64,000 nucleotides of DNA from Thermoplasmatota archaeon (GTDB lineage: Archaea; Thermoplasmatota; Thermoplasmata; Lutacidiplasmatales; JAMCUS01): contig JAMCUS010000027.1 in NCBI GenBank assembly GCA_023379385.1, positions 11,640 to 75,639 on the forward strand, read 5' to 3'. A program made the position numbers and the translations under genes. Below, piece by piece: positions 19,174 through 29,168 of the stretch (position 1 is the first letter of the stretch; every line of letters begins with the position of its first letter). The notes beneath the pieces are model-generated. The model saw only the letters and a program-made list of their open reading frames with translations, was not told the DNA's origin and did not search any database.

Positions 19174-20254
19174 TCAATGGAGCAAGTTCGTCTAGTAACT
19201 GATCTATAAAGATTTTAAATGGCATTCTGTATATGATCTTCTCTCTATTCCTTTTAGGAATAAGTTTGATCAATAATACCATCATATCACGTTCACTTTT
19301 TATTAAAATACTTAAAAATTTACCTAAATTAGAACTATGTTCTTTTATGGTTTTGTCAATGTTTTGGACAATGGTATGAAGCATCAAATATTTTTGTTCA
19401 TTTTTAAACTTGTACCATTGATCTGGCTGTGATAAAAATTCACCAATGGTGGGTATTTTAGTTCTGATAAATGATATAAAATAGGCAGATGTATCTGGAC
19501 CCAGTATTCCTTCAGAGATCGTTGGAATCAAATTATCAGGTGCATTAAACAATTTCTTCGCCAGTTCGGTGTATGCTCTTGGAGTTGGAAATGGAGTCAG
19601 TGATTCTCCACTGCTCTTTTTAATGAATTCATTTGGATATGCCTTCAGAAATGTAGCTACTATACGATTCCAGTCAGATATAGAATCCATATATTCAATC
19701 CATTCATCTATGTTTGGTGGTTCCACCTCAACTATCATCATTTTATTTATCAATGGTGCAGGAAGATTTCCGGCATCAGATGACCATTCAGGCGGATTTC
19801 CGGCACAAATCAATGTAATGCCTGTAGATAACTTAACATTCCATCCTATTTCCCCTTCATAAATCATGGAATAGAATAAGACTCTCTGATCTGCTCTCTG
19901 GACATTGGTCAGTTCGTCGATGAATAATAGACCGAGTATATCTTTTCTGGCCAATATATCAATAGTTAATGGAGATTTAAATAGAATTATATCACTTCCT
20001 CTCGGAATCGATATATCCTCTGGAAATATGTGAGGAGCAATTATTCTTAAATATACATAATATTTTTCTGATTGTTCATAAATTTTCATTAATTTATTGG
20101 GATCAGCGTCTTTAAGATCAATAAATTCACGGTCGCCAGATTGGTGCATTGCGTATTGCCTGACAATTTCTGTTTTGCCAATTCCTGGTGCACCTATAAA
20201 CATCGAACGATGCAATTGCATTTTATTCATTTTACCAATTTCTGTTATTTTCAT
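19163..20254 (-). CDS. MoxR-like AAA+ ATPase
   Basis: Walker A FIGAPGIGKT, Walker B LLFIDELTN, sensor-1 ICAGNP. The 363-aa length is typical of MoxR-type single AAA+ proteins. Confidence 0.65.
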   Translation of the reverse strand: MKITEIGKMNKMQLHRSMFIGAPGIGKTEIVRQYAMHQSGDREFIDLKDADPNKLMKIYEQSEKYYVYLRIIAPHIFPEDISIPRGSDIILFKSPLTIDILARKDILGLLFIDELTNVQRADQRVLFYSMIYEGEIGWNVKLSTGITLICAGNPPEWSSDAGNLPAPLINKMMIVEVEPPNIDEWIEYMDSISDWNRIVATFLKAYPNEFIKKSSGESLTPFPTPRAYTELAKKLFNAPDNLIPTISEGILGPDTSAYFISFIRTKIPTIGEFLSQPDQWYKFKNEQKYLMLHTIVQNIDKTIKEHSSNLGKFLSILIKSERDMMVLLIKLIPKRNREKIIYRMPFKIFIDQLLDELAPLNGV

Positions 20255-20720
20255 TCACAACTCACCCTCGTTTCCATTGACTTGTACAATTTTCCTTTAT
20301 TTATTTTTATATTTTACTAAGGTCAATAAAAGGATGAAAGACTTTTATTGACATAATGTAAATGGTTTGCCATAAAGTTGATAAAAGTAATGCATAAATA
20401 GACCCTCAGAATTAGAAGATTTTTGACATGCTGAAAATACCATTTTATCATATATGCCATACTACATAATGGCATTTAATTGTTTCTGTTTAAATCACGC
20501 ATATAAATATGTAATATAATTAGACTAATAGATATAAATCTAACATTTAGACGTGTAAAATATTATTTATAAAAAAAGTATGTAACATTTATTTTTATAA
20601 ATTTAATAACATATATGCAAGAAAAATCCGATAGTTGATACAAAGATGTTTTATAACTACAGTATAATATTTAGGTATTGCTAATAAATACCATTGTAAA
20701 TTTTTGTTTTTATAAGAATT

Positions 20721-20830
20721 AGTCGTCTGAAGTTCAAAAATACTAGCTATCCTTTAATATATATGTAAATCACAGCGTCTATTATATGAACCAGTAACAA
20801 TTCTAACTTTAAACTACTGAAACATTACGA
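20721..20830. repeat. ~110-bp repeat R2, a solo copy of the RE-like repeat in direct orientation relative to R1, with no adjacent tnpB
   Basis: About 90% identical to 11287-11400. Confidence 0.6.
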
Positions 20831-20887
20831 TTTTTGGTAAATTATATATAACGGGTTCAATGTCTATATTATGGTGTTACAGGAGTT

Positions 20888-23611
20888 ATGAAAAACAGTT
20901 ACAGATGTTATGTAATTTATATCGTAATAACAGTAGTTATCATAAGTGCTGTTAATCTGACGGTTATTAGTAACAATGAAATGAATAGTAAAAAGCTGTC
21001 TAAAAATAGCACATTTGCAATTCCAGACATATCCTCTAACTATAACGCTACTTTTTCATCTTCTAAAATACTATGGTCATATCCAGTTAACGGAAATCAA
21101 TCATATATTATTCAGAGTACAAATGAGTTTCCGTTAAATATAGGCGTGTCTGGAGTTCTTGGTGCAAATATAACCGGAGATGGATTTGCAGATTTTATTA
21201 TTCCATATGCTGTAAAAAATAATGCTACTTTAAGGGCAGTTGATTCAAATGGTGGAACAATTATATGGGAAGACAATTTTTCAAATTACATGGAGTATTT
21301 AATGGCTGGCACGATAGGTAAGATGCCCATGATAATGGTATTGACAGGTAATGTTACACCACCGCCATATTCATTTTCATTTAATGGACCTGGTTATGTA
21401 AACATCTCAATGGTAAATGGAATTAATGGAAAAACAATTTGGTATAGAAACAATACTTTATCAGATAAGGAGGGCATGTTTTATACACCCCAAGATACAG
21501 TCTATGTTAATGGCAATCCAGCAATAACAACGTATTCATTGTTTTATCGTAATGGCTTACCAAATACAAATAATAATGGAGAGTACAATGTTACGCTTTA
21601 TAATGTAACGATATATGCTATAAAAAATATAAATGGTGTATCTTTATGGATGCATAATTATGACGCGTACTCAATATATATATATTTGCCACCATATTTA
21701 TCGTTAGCTACCGTGCCTGGTCTTAGATGTGGTGGGGTATACTATAAATACACTTATTTCAAAAATAATATAATGTATACAAATGATGTACTTCTTGATG
21801 CAGATAATGGTAGTATCATATGGAATGTATCATCTGCAAACCCTGGGTTAATATTGACAGGTGGAACTTCAATGGAGGGGACAACCGCATTAGGAAATTT
21901 TGATGGAGGTAGTTTATATAATTTAGCATACCCTATAATTTCTTATTCCATAATTATTAAAAACGGGGAATATGGATTAGCATATGTAAATTTTGGTATA
22001 GAGGTTATTAATATTACTGATGGTAAATCAATATATTCAAGATTGTATGGACTTGATGCGGATACAACAGTAATGCAGAATATGCAAAGTGCATACGTAA
22101 CTGAATCCTTGATGAATGTAGATAATGCTACAGGCGGTATAGGTTCCACTTTTGATATAAATGGAACAGCAATACTGGTTATTAACATTAGGAATAGAAG
22201 TACAACTTTTGAAAATATTACAGCGATAAATATTGCTAAAAACAAAACTTTATGGAAGACAGAGCTTGCGGAGATTCCGGTATATGGTATAACAACCCTA
22301 TCCTACATGAAAATAGACGGAAAGGATACCCCTGTTATTACGGTTATAAATATTCTTGGCTCTACATATTATATTGACGGACTAAATGGAACAATATTGA
22401 GTATAATACCACCACAACCACGTTTCCATGAAACAGCAAATCCGTGGGGATATGCATATCCTATTGTTCTTAATATCACAACCCTAAATAATGGGTATCC
22501 AGATATAGCGTATATAACTCCAAATGTAAAAACGTCATTTGGCTACAATATAACAGTGGAGAATGATTCTAATGGCAATGTTATAGGCACAAGAACAATA
22601 AATATTTCGCTACCACCTATCAAAAATGCAACCTATAATACGAGCTATTACGTTTTGCCTACTTACTTTGCATCTAAAATTTATATAGAGGCATCATTTT
22701 CATTGAATTATAAAAATAATTGGACAAATTATGTGTACGTAATAAACCCTGCCAATATGGGAATTGTACAAAAAGATGTTATAAATATGACAGGCATGAA
22801 TCCTGACGCAATGTATTCACTACCACTTTCTGTATTTAAAGCAATGTATAGAAGTAATGCAATAAAATATTTTACCACCAATCTCAATATAATAACATTT
22901 GCTATCCAGACTAATAATAGATTTTATGCAATGGAGTATATACCTCCTAAAAATTTGACGGTTAATCTCACCGAGACAGGTACAACAGGAATTGTACCAT
23001 TTACTGAAAATTTTTATGCTAATTCAAGTGGAGGTATATCACCCTATAACTATACCTGGTACGAGAATGGTAAAGTAATACCTATTTACAACAATGAATC
23101 AATTATTTATTTCAATACATCTGGTATATACAACATCTCTGTAAAGGTTACTGATGAATCTATGAATGTTGCATTCAGCAATGTAACAATATATGCAAAA
23201 AATAAAACAGTGATGATATACACATATACACTGAATGGAACAGTTACAGATGTTAACGGAACACCTATTGGAGGTGTAAACGTATCTGTTAATAACACCA
23301 AATATGTGTACACCAATGGTAACGGTGTATTCAGCATGAACATGACAAACGGAACATATTTAATAAAATTCAGCAAAGTGGGGTATGTAAATGAGACATA
23401 CCCAGTATCTATAACAGGAAATAATATAACCTTAAAAATAGTACTAAAATCAATAAGTAATACGACTACAAATAAAAGCTATGGTAAATCTACTAAAAGT
23501 TCTGGATTGAATGAACTGGATATAGGAATTATATTTGCAGTGGTTTTGGGTGTTGTTCTATCAATAGTATATCTCTTTTACCCTAAAAAAAGAAGGGGAT
23601 TAAAACGGTAA
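20888..23611 (+). CDS. large surface protein with N-terminal TM/signal, a beta-rich (propeller-like) region, a PKD domain, a CarboxypepD_reg-like domain, and a C-terminal TM with a short basic tail
   Basis: 907 aa. The C-terminal ~200 aa align with the 46080..48992 protein (PF.ENFYANSSGGISPYNYTW...IYNISVKVTDESMNVA; GTVTDVNGTPIGGVNVSV...GTYLIKFSKVGY). TM near the end, then PKKRRGLKR. Confidence 0.55.
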   Translation: MKNSYRCYVIYIVITVVIISAVNLTVISNNEMNSKKLSKNSTFAIPDISSNYNATFSSSKILWSYPVNGNQSYIIQSTNEFPLNIGVSGVLGANITGDGFADFIIPYAVKNNATLRAVDSNGGTIIWEDNFSNYMEYLMAGTIGKMPMIMVLTGNVTPPPYSFSFNGPGYVNISMVNGINGKTIWYRNNTLSDKEGMFYTPQDTVYVNGNPAITTYSLFYRNGLPNTNNNGEYNVTLYNVTIYAIKNINGVSLWMHNYDAYSIYIYLPPYLSLATVPGLRCGGVYYKYTYFKNNIMYTNDVLLDADNGSIIWNVSSANPGLILTGGTSMEGTTALGNFDGGSLYNLAYPIISYSIIIKNGEYGLAYVNFGIEVINITDGKSIYSRLYGLDADTTVMQNMQSAYVTESLMNVDNATGGIGSTFDINGTAILVINIRNRSTTFENITAINIAKNKTLWKTELAEIPVYGITTLSYMKIDGKDTPVITVINILGSTYYIDGLNGTILSIIPPQPRFHETANPWGYAYPIVLNITTLNNGYPDIAYITPNVKTSFGYNITVENDSNGNVIGTRTINISLPPIKNATYNTSYYVLPTYFASKIYIEASFSLNYKNNWTNYVYVINPANMGIVQKDVINMTGMNPDAMYSLPLSVFKAMYRSNAIKYFTTNLNIITFAIQTNNRFYAMEYIPPKNLTVNLTETGTTGIVPFTENFYANSSGGISPYNYTWYENGKVIPIYNNESIIYFNTSGIYNISVKVTDESMNVAFSNVTIYAKNKTVMIYTYTLNGTVTDVNGTPIGGVNVSVNNTKYVYTNGNGVFSMNMTNGTYLIKFSKVGYVNETYPVSITGNNITLKIVLKSISNTTTNKSYGKSTKSSGLNELDIGIIFAVVLGVVLSIVYLFYPKKRRGLKR

Positions 23612-23804
23612 ACCTTATACGTAGGTATTACTGATTAATAATATATAGATCGTGATGCCAGATATTTCCATAAAGGCATATAGATATCCATAACGGAACT
23701 GCTCCATCTCACCGTATGGTAGCCTGTTTTGTTACGCAAATATGGGCAATCCCACGTAGTAGATAATTTCTGAAACGTGTGAGGTGGTTAATGTAAGTGG
23801 TGGT

Positions 23805-25109
23805 TTAATACCATACTCCTGCACCCTCCACTACCAGCTGCCATCCGCTGTTATAATAATATGTCTGCCCATTGTTTGCACTTGTATATGAATACGCAAC
23901 CCACATATAGATGTATGATGCATAGGAATACCCACATCCTGCATTGCCACAATCAGGTCCTACACCCCACGGGGTAAACTGAAACACATACGTGCTATGC
24001 CCACCAGGGGATATTTGGGTTGAACCGGACCCATAATACCATACCCACTTCCAAACACCATTGCTGTATCCTGTACATGTAGAACAACCAAATTCCCCAC
24101 AGTTACACTGATAATAAAAATAACCACCTGAATAAAATTTAAACCACACATTTATGTTGATGTTTTGAGCAGATGAACCACCGATGTTTTCCATGTAAAT
24201 ATCCGTATTTATTGGAGCAGTATTATAACCAATCCAGTATACGTCCCCCCATCCACCGTACCCATCACCCCAACCGGTTACCTGAAATGTTGGTGGTGGT
24301 GACCATATAATCAGATTGGCGGGTGTGGGTGCTTTAGGTCCCAGCACAAAAGTGATTGAAAAAGCAATCTGTGAGGTTAATCCATTGGATCCTGTAGCCG
24401 TAAATATAGCATTTACAGTGGTGTTGGTAGATAGAGTTGGTGCGGTAAAGGACCCTTCCCATAATTGAAGGTCCTGATTCCATGATAAGGTGGTCCCACC
24501 TGTAACATACGGAATATAAACAGATACACTACTCACGCTAGCTCCTGGGTCAGTTACCTTGGCCCATATAACAAAACCATCACCCATGGTTATTGGACTA
24601 GCTGGAGTAGTTCCTTCGGATACAAACTGGGGTGGTATGTTGGTGTATCCAATAATTATCTGTTCGCTCCATAACATAATATTTTTTGATGTGTCAATGA
24701 TAGATATAGTCACGGCACCTGGATTTGGAACGTCAACTGTGTAGCTCCACATCATACCTGGAGTCCACGTAGTGGCACCGGATGAAAAACCATCGCTTAT
24801 GGTGTAATGGTTATTGTACTGAGGTGTATTTTCATAGCTTATGTATACGACAGTTCCGCTATTGTAGAGAGCAGATCCACCAAGATCGGTTATTTCTATA
24901 GTGGTAAGAGTTGTTCCACTCATAACAATATTTGCATTGAAATCTGTTTTTACAGAGGATGGCGGTGGTGGTATAGTGCTAACCCAGTAAAACAGGGTGC
25001 TGAACAAGGTGACAGTAATGGCAAGAATAAGTATATTGCCAAGTATATCGGATACAGCTCTGTGCGTTCTATACTTTTTTTTAGAAAAATGTGAGTTCAT
25101 CCGTTTCAC
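23805..25109 (-). CDS. secreted/surface protein with a possible archaeal class III (type IV pilin-like) signal peptide and a Cys/Tyr/Trp/Gly-rich C-terminal module
   Basis: The N-terminus reads ...KKKYRTHRA|VSDILGNILILAITVTLFSTLF. This fits [KR][GA] cleavage followed by a hydrophobic helix. The C-terminal 150 aa contain QCNCGEFGCSTCTGY and GPDCGNAGCGY together with many W, Y and G. Confidence 0.4.
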   Translation of the reverse strand: MKRMNSHFSKKKYRTHRAVSDILGNILILAITVTLFSTLFYWVSTIPPPPSSVKTDFNANIVMSGTTLTTIEITDLGGSALYNSGTVVYISYENTPQYNNHYTISDGFSSGATTWTPGMMWSYTVDVPNPGAVTISIIDTSKNIMLWSEQIIIGYTNIPPQFVSEGTTPASPITMGDGFVIWAKVTDPGASVSSVSVYIPYVTGGTTLSWNQDLQLWEGSFTAPTLSTNTTVNAIFTATGSNGLTSQIAFSITFVLGPKAPTPANLIIWSPPPTFQVTGWGDGYGGWGDVYWIGYNTAPINTDIYMENIGGSSAQNININVWFKFYSGGYFYYQCNCGEFGCSTCTGYSNGVWKWVWYYGSGSTQISPGGHSTYVFQFTPWGVGPDCGNAGCGYSYASYIYMWVAYSYTSANNGQTYYYNSGWQLVVEGAGVWY

Positions 25110-25368
25110 GCTCTATATAGATAATATCGTAAAACACCATATATAAACTTTGTTACTGTGCTATGGTAATTATAAACCGTTAAAGTGTAATTGATTACCA
25201 GATGTATACGCATGGAGGTATGTACTACCTTCAAAAACAGGGCTTGCTACTCAATTATTTATCGTGATTGCTATAACGGTTTATAATAAACACAGCTACT
25301 GTGTTAGCCATTAGTCATTGAAAAAGATTGTATATTATTTATCCAATCATGTATATTATTGAGAAAAT

Positions 25369-26409
25369 ATGAAAATTATATATATGGATAGAAAAAACAG
25401 AATCATCAAGGGGATTGTGGAAAGAGATGATGATCTCTGGGTGCTTTATAAGATGGTGGTCAGTAAAGATAGAGTAAGTGGATACACCTACAGGAAAGAG
25501 AGCAACAGTGTAGATAAGATAAGACCTGAAAAGATGAGCAAAGTAAGAATTTATTTGACTATAGAGGTAGAAGAACTGCTATTTCATGAGTTCACTGGCG
25601 TATTAAGAATAAAGGGGATTATAGTAGAAGGACAGGATGTGGGAAAGTATCATACCTTTTCGGTAAGCATAGGTGATGAAATAAAAATAGAGAAAAAGGA
25701 TTGGAACAGTAGTTATGATAAATTATTGTCTGACTCATCAAAACCCTCTGCTGGAGATAAAATCTTATTTATAGTCATGGAAGGAAATGAGGCATATATT
25801 GCTCTTATGAATGGTTACAATATAAATGAGATTGCTACAATAACAGCCAACTTCGGCGGAAAATACTATGACGAGTCAGAAGGAGAAAAAAGATCATTTT
25901 ACAAAGAGGTACTGGAGGTTATAAAGAGAGAGATCCAAGATAAAAGAGTGGTGATCATAGGCCCAGGTTTTTACAAAGAAGGCTTTTTTAACTGGCTTAA
26001 AGAGACTGATAAAAGTGTTGCTGATGGCATTCACCTGTATAAATGTTCTATGGGGGGTATAAATGGCATATATGAAATAATGAAATCCGGAATACTTGAT
26101 ACCCTGCTAAAAGACATTCATATATATCAGGAAAATGTATACATGGAAAGGCTGCTTTATGAAATAGCATCTGGAAATAAATATTCATACGGAAGGGAAG
26201 AGGTTAAAAGGGCTATTGATAATAATGCTGTTGAAACTTTACTGGTATTAGATGAATTGATTCATGACGATACAATCACGAAATTTATAGATGAATCTAC
26301 AAAACATGGTTCAGGGCTTTTTATATTTAAAGCTACCAATGACAACGGAAAAAAACTTAAATCTCTTGGCGGTATTGCAGCTCTCCTACGATTCCCTATT
26401 GCCACTTAG
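25369..26409 (+). CDS. pelA: Pelota / Dom34 (no-go mRNA decay and ribosome rescue factor)
   Basis: 346 aa. The N-terminal Sm-fold region, the central domain, and the C-terminal eRF1-like domain 3 (...LLVLDELIHDD...GGIAALLRF) are all present. Confidence 0.7.
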   Translation: MKIIYMDRKNRIIKGIVERDDDLWVLYKMVVSKDRVSGYTYRKESNSVDKIRPEKMSKVRIYLTIEVEELLFHEFTGVLRIKGIIVEGQDVGKYHTFSVSIGDEIKIEKKDWNSSYDKLLSDSSKPSAGDKILFIVMEGNEAYIALMNGYNINEIATITANFGGKYYDESEGEKRSFYKEVLEVIKREIQDKRVVIIGPGFYKEGFFNWLKETDKSVADGIHLYKCSMGGINGIYEIMKSGILDTLLKDIHIYQENVYMERLLYEIASGNKYSYGREEVKRAIDNNAVETLLVLDELIHDDTITKFIDESTKHGSGLFIFKATNDNGKKLKSLGGIAALLRFPIAT

Positions 26410-26748
26410 CTATCATCAACGCTATCATTTTCCATGCATTCCATGCATAAACCATGTCTCTTATCAAATGGAAGGATGATAATAAGCTTTCCACATGATA
26501 AACACTGACTAACTCCATCATTAATATCTCCAAAGGTCCTTTTATCTATAAACTGGCTAGTATTAAAATCCAAAATGTGATCACCCCAATACCTATGAGG
26601 TAGAATAGTTAGGCATTAAATATATTTTGTTGTTAGAAAGTTGGCAAATAATCAAATTATATAAATATGTCAATAGATTCCACACCATAATATCATGATG
26701 GCCTTAATGGGTGCCATGTTTTTATTGTTATTCATTCTATATTTTAAA

Positions 26749-27330
26749 TTAATGACGTATATAATCTGGTGGGATGATAACATTGTAACCATTTTTGTAT
26801 AGAATAGCTTCATTCATTAGATAGAGGTATAACAGATAAAGCATACCTATATTTTCATATTCGTCGTTTGATGCCCCTTTCACAGTATCCTGGGGAATAA
26901 CATGAATGCCTTTTTCCAGGAGCATTTCAAAAAAATTTTTTTTAACAAAATTGCCCATCAATGCCGGATGGCTCATATAATACAGATTATCATTGATAAA
27001 AATTTTTTTTATTATGTTGAGTCCTCTATTTGATTGTTTTGTAATTTCGTTAAATAGATCATTGTTTTTATGGCCATCGTAATTCAGCCATTTTTTTATG
27101 TTTTCAACTCTTGCTCTTTCCACATATCTATAAAGCCTGGTATACCATATGGAGAGTTCTGGATTGAAAGACTTGTAAACATCTATTACCGCACTATCTC
27201 CAATCACAAAATAGCTGTATATTCTAAGTGATGTTGTTGTGGACATATTCAAGACAGAGATTATGCTGGGTTCTTTACAGGTATTTGAAACGGTAGCTGA
27301 TAAAATTTTTTTAACCATAGCAATCATCAA
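26749..27330 (-). CDS. hypothetical protein
   Basis: 193-aa ORF with no recognisable motif. Confidence 0.35.
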   Translation of the reverse strand: MMIAMVKKILSATVSNTCKEPSIISVLNMSTTTSLRIYSYFVIGDSAVIDVYKSFNPELSIWYTRLYRYVERARVENIKKWLNYDGHKNNDLFNEITKQSNRGLNIIKKIFINDNLYYMSHPALMGNFVKKNFFEMLLEKGIHVIPQDTVKGASNDEYENIGMLYLLYLYLMNEAILYKNGYNVIIPPDYIRH

Positions 27331-27440
27331 TTTCTGTAATATAACTACATCTATTAGTAGCCTATCAGTTAACTTTTGTTAGCAAGTTCTACAGTATGTA
27401 AAAAGGATAATTTATAACGTATTTATAAAGTTGTGGAAGC

Positions 27441-28664
27441 TTATCTATTAATATTGTTGTCGCTGGATCTTTTTTTATTATAGCTTATAAAAAAGATGTA
27501 AAACAGTGTAGCTGAAACTAAATAAAGAATGGCTGTTATAAAAAATGGATCTGAAAGATCACCCATATTCATGAGATAACCCCCTATAGCAGGTCCAAAA
27601 GCTCTTGGAATCGTATGAAAGCTTGTTGTTATAGATGACGCACTTCCTCGCTCATCTGGAGAGACAATGCTCATTAAAAACGATGTTTGAATGGGCGCAC
27701 TTATATTCATGAGAAGATTTCTGATTATAAACAGGGTAGCCACAATCCATAATGAATATATCAACGGTATAAAAATAAGCAGTATAACAGCCAATATCTG
27801 TGTCAGAACAATTGTTTTAATGCTTCCAATCTTTTCAGCTAAATACGGTGCCACAAAAAACGAGATGGCAAGAGTTATACTTGATATTGCATAGATTGGA
27901 CCCAACACATTTCCAACTACATGAAATCTGAGAAAGAACCAGAGTGAAAAAAGTTCTATGACAACCCCGGCTCCAAGCCCTATCAAAGAAACAACAGAAA
28001 ATTTTAAGATCACTTTTTTAGATTTTTTAGGCCAGAATCTAAATTCTTTTTTACTCTGTACAATACTTTTTTCATGAATGTTAAATGATAAAATAAAGGT
28101 AGCTAAAACATCCATACAGATGGCAATTATGAATAGCGGTTTGTACGAGTCTACAATGTTCCATCCATGGACAGCTAATATGGATGGAAGAATAGCCATT
28201 GCGGAACCCATAGATGCAGCAGCTACATTTCCAAATGAATTTACAGAAAAGGCGTAATTTCTGTTCTCTTCTGTGGTTTTTTCAGATAGAAGAGCACCAT
28301 AGCTTCCTGGAGAGAAAGACCAACCGATTCCTCTGATGATCATAGCCATGAATATAACATAATAATTTACTGTAAAGATGAAAATAAGCCATGAGATCAT
28401 GCTTATAGATCTGGATAATAGAAGAAATTTTTTTCTACCGTATAGATCACTTAATCTCCCCAGTGGAATCATCAAAATGCCTGCAATGATCATCTGTATT
28501 GTACTGACAATCCCTATTTCAAGAACTGTGAAGTGTATCAGATAAAGGTATATTGAAAGTATGATTATGCTGTATCCCATCACAAAAGATGGAACCAGCA
28601 TACTTATTATAAGAAGAAGGACTTCTTTGCTTAATCTAAACCTTTTGAAATATTCCATCTTCAT
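27441..28664 (-). CDS. MFS-type transporter
   Basis: 407 aa with about 12 TM segments and a GRLSDLYGRKK motif. Confidence 0.65.
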   Translation of the reverse strand: MKMEYFKRFRLSKEVLLLIISMLVPSFVMGYSIIILSIYLYLIHFTVLEIGIVSTIQMIIAGILMIPLGRLSDLYGRKKFLLLSRSISMISWLIFIFTVNYYVIFMAMIIRGIGWSFSPGSYGALLSEKTTEENRNYAFSVNSFGNVAAASMGSAMAILPSILAVHGWNIVDSYKPLFIIAICMDVLATFILSFNIHEKSIVQSKKEFRFWPKKSKKVILKFSVVSLIGLGAGVVIELFSLWFFLRFHVVGNVLGPIYAISSITLAISFFVAPYLAEKIGSIKTIVLTQILAVILLIFIPLIYSLWIVATLFIIRNLLMNISAPIQTSFLMSIVSPDERGSASSITTSFHTIPRAFGPAIGGYLMNMGDLSDPFFITAILYLVSATLFYIFFISYNKKRSSDNNINR

Positions 28665-28897
28665 GTGATCTAATAATCACCTAATCACCTTTAAAAAAAG
28701 CATGTATAAAAGAGTTATTTAATCTATTTTTGATGTTTATGCATGGTTATTAGTACAGGTTGCTTCTTTAAGCTTATTACGCTCTGTAATCACCTTAAAC
28801 CTGAGTTTGGACATATTATACACGTTTCAATTAGCAATAAATATATAAGATTATTATACCATAATAATAGTAGTATATTTATGGATGTTGATGCAGT

Positions 28898-29014
28898 CTC
28901 GACAGGTTGTAATGGAAAGGGATAATTCAACAAAATCTTCAAAAATTAACGCTCAAAAACTGATTTTTTAGGATCAAAATAGACCATTTTTGATATTCTT
29001 TTACAGCCTGTCGA
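28898..29014. mobile_element. MITE-like element, copy I (forward): TIRs TCGACAGGTTGTAA / TTACAGCCTGTCGA around an ~80-bp core
   Basis: The core gggataattcaacaaaatcttcaaaaattaacgctcaaaaactgattttttaggat... is shared with 57730-57815, and in reverse complement with the 16-kb and 36-kb copies. Confidence 0.65.
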
Positions 29015-29072
29015 CTGTTGAATTGCTTCAAAAAGCAAAAATAAAGAAGTTAAAGATAGGTTACACTAAGGC

Positions 29073-29168
29073 ATTGTAAATATATAATGTGAACATTTAC
29101 AACATAAGAACTTATTTGTCAAAATTAGATATAAATAATCATCTAATTAAATTACAGTTCCTAAGATC
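29073..29168. repeat. repeat A copy 1 (~100 bp), taaggcattgtaaatatataatgtgaacatttacaacataagaacttatttgtcaaaatt.gatataaataatcatctaattaaattacagttcctaag
   Basis: Near-identical to 36121-36225. Confidence 0.85.
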
